A stretch of DNA of 64,000 nucleotides from Escherichia phage T2. Below, one piece after another: positions 63,064-64,000 of the stretch. The translations under genes and the position numbers were made by a program. The stretch's first letter is position 1. Every line of letters begins with the position of its first letter. The DNA is taken from sequence record NC_054931.1, one strand, 5' to 3'. Below the pieces are notes generated by a model. That model had not been told where the DNA came from, did not search any database, and saw only the letters and a list, made by a program, of their open reading frames with translations.

Positions 63064-64000
63064 ATTTAAATTGTTCAGTAACGTCTTCAACTACTTCGTA
63101 TTGGCAGGTACGCATTTTAGCATCGTTGTAATCAATCGGAATTGATACTACATCACGCGGATGTACTTTAACTTTTACAACTCGACTGGTTGAACTGCCA
63201 AAGTGACGAATATAAGATTTAGAACACACATGCAGACCACGAGAACAAGTTTGTGTATCATCGTCATTCACACGAGTACGTGGCATTTTAACTACTTTAC
63301 CCGGACTGTTATCAAAGGTGTTTGAGTGACAGTCAAAGTAGTTGTCACGAACTACTTTCCAAGCATAGAAGTAACCATCTTCGGTGATTTCAATATCGTT
63401 TGCTACCAAGAAATCAAAGAGTCGAGATACCGCTTTTTGGCTTGGGTTTTCCAGCAGATTTTCCAAGAACGGAAAATAAAATTCAAAGTTTTCGCCTTTT
63501 TCCATCGAGTCAAGAATACGATCAACCAAACCAGACCGCAATTCAATATTTTGATAGAACAAGCTTCCACCTTCAATTCGAACATCGCCGGAAATATATT
63601 TTTCAACAGCGCGACGAACATTAATTTTTTGCGCAGCTTCTTCCAGCTTATCCGCTACAAGCAGATTAAGAATTTCCTGAAAGTTTGAATGAGTATTAGG
63701 AGTTGCGTTATAAGTTACACCGTCAACAGTAATTGAAATGAATTTTTTAGATGCATTCCAAATAATGTCAGATTTAGCAACTGGAGCAATAACTGCATCG
63801 CTATTAACTTTAACTGTAATATCACCGCTAATAGTAACTTTAGGGCGTTTAGCTTCTTCAGCATTTTTCAAAACACGACGGATTGTGTCAACCGATACAC
63901 CTTGCCAATCAGCCAATTCCTGTTGGGTGTAATTACCACTTGAATACAGTTTAACAATTTCAGCTTGTTCGTTTTTGGTCAGGCATTTAATATTGTACAT
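63062..64000 (-). CDS. rIIB: rIIB protein
   Basis: 312-aa ORF MYNIKCLTKNEQAEIVKLYSSGNYTQQELADWQG...; start codon is the last three bases of the window. Confidence 0.95.
   Translation of the reverse strand: MYNIKCLTKNEQAEIVKLYSSGNYTQQELADWQGVSVDTIRRVLKNAEEAKRPKVTISGDITVKVNSDAVIAPVAKSDIIWNASKKFISITVDGVTYNATPNTHSNFQEILNLLVADKLEEAAQKINVRRAVEKYISGDVRIEGGSLFYQNIELRSGLVDRILDSMEKGENFEFYFPFLENLLENPSQKAVSRLFDFLVANDIEITEDGYFYAWKVVRDNYFDCHSNTFDNSPGKVVKMPRTRVNDDDTQTCSRGLHVCSKSYIRHFGSSTSRVVKVKVHPRDVVSIPIDYNDAKMRTCQYEVVEDVTEQFK

Overview
This window reads as the terminal 64 kb of a T-even (T4-like) Escherichia myophage genome, from the 3' end of head gene 21 to the start codon of rIIB, which is the last base of the window. 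All gene calls come from my recognition of the translated ORFs and T4 synteny; no database search was run. The + strand carries the late structural genes: 22-23-24 (head), uvsW, 51-27-28-29-48-54 (baseplate/tail), 34-35-36-37-38 (long tail fibre) and holin t. The - strand carries the early/middle genes: uvsY, 25, 26, two alt paralogs, DNA ligase 30, rIII, 31, cd, pseT, alc, rnlA, denA, nrdB, nrdA, td, frd, 32, 59, 33, dsbA, rnh, asiA, arn, motA, 52, stp, ndd, denB and rIIB. Tail fibre genes are T2-type (gp37 of 1341 aa with a C-terminal chaperone-like domain, and a 262-aa glycine-rich gp38 adhesin). td and nrdB are uninterrupted and no seg-type homing endonuclease ORF sits at the 23/24, inh/uvsW or 32/59 junctions, so the phage is T2-like rather than T4 itself. 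I found no rRNA, tRNA, CRISPR array, transposon or integrase. I did not find a clearly novel multi-gene system. The most unusual features are: a one-gene insertion exactly at the frd/td junction; five frame-disrupting small deletions confined to rnlB and hoc; an in-frame stop in an ac-like micro-ORF; two full-length tandem Alt ADP-ribosyltransferase paralogs; a YbiA/NADAR-like ORF; and repeated early-promoter and stem-loop cassettes. Coordinates of promoters and hairpins were placed by eye and are approximate.
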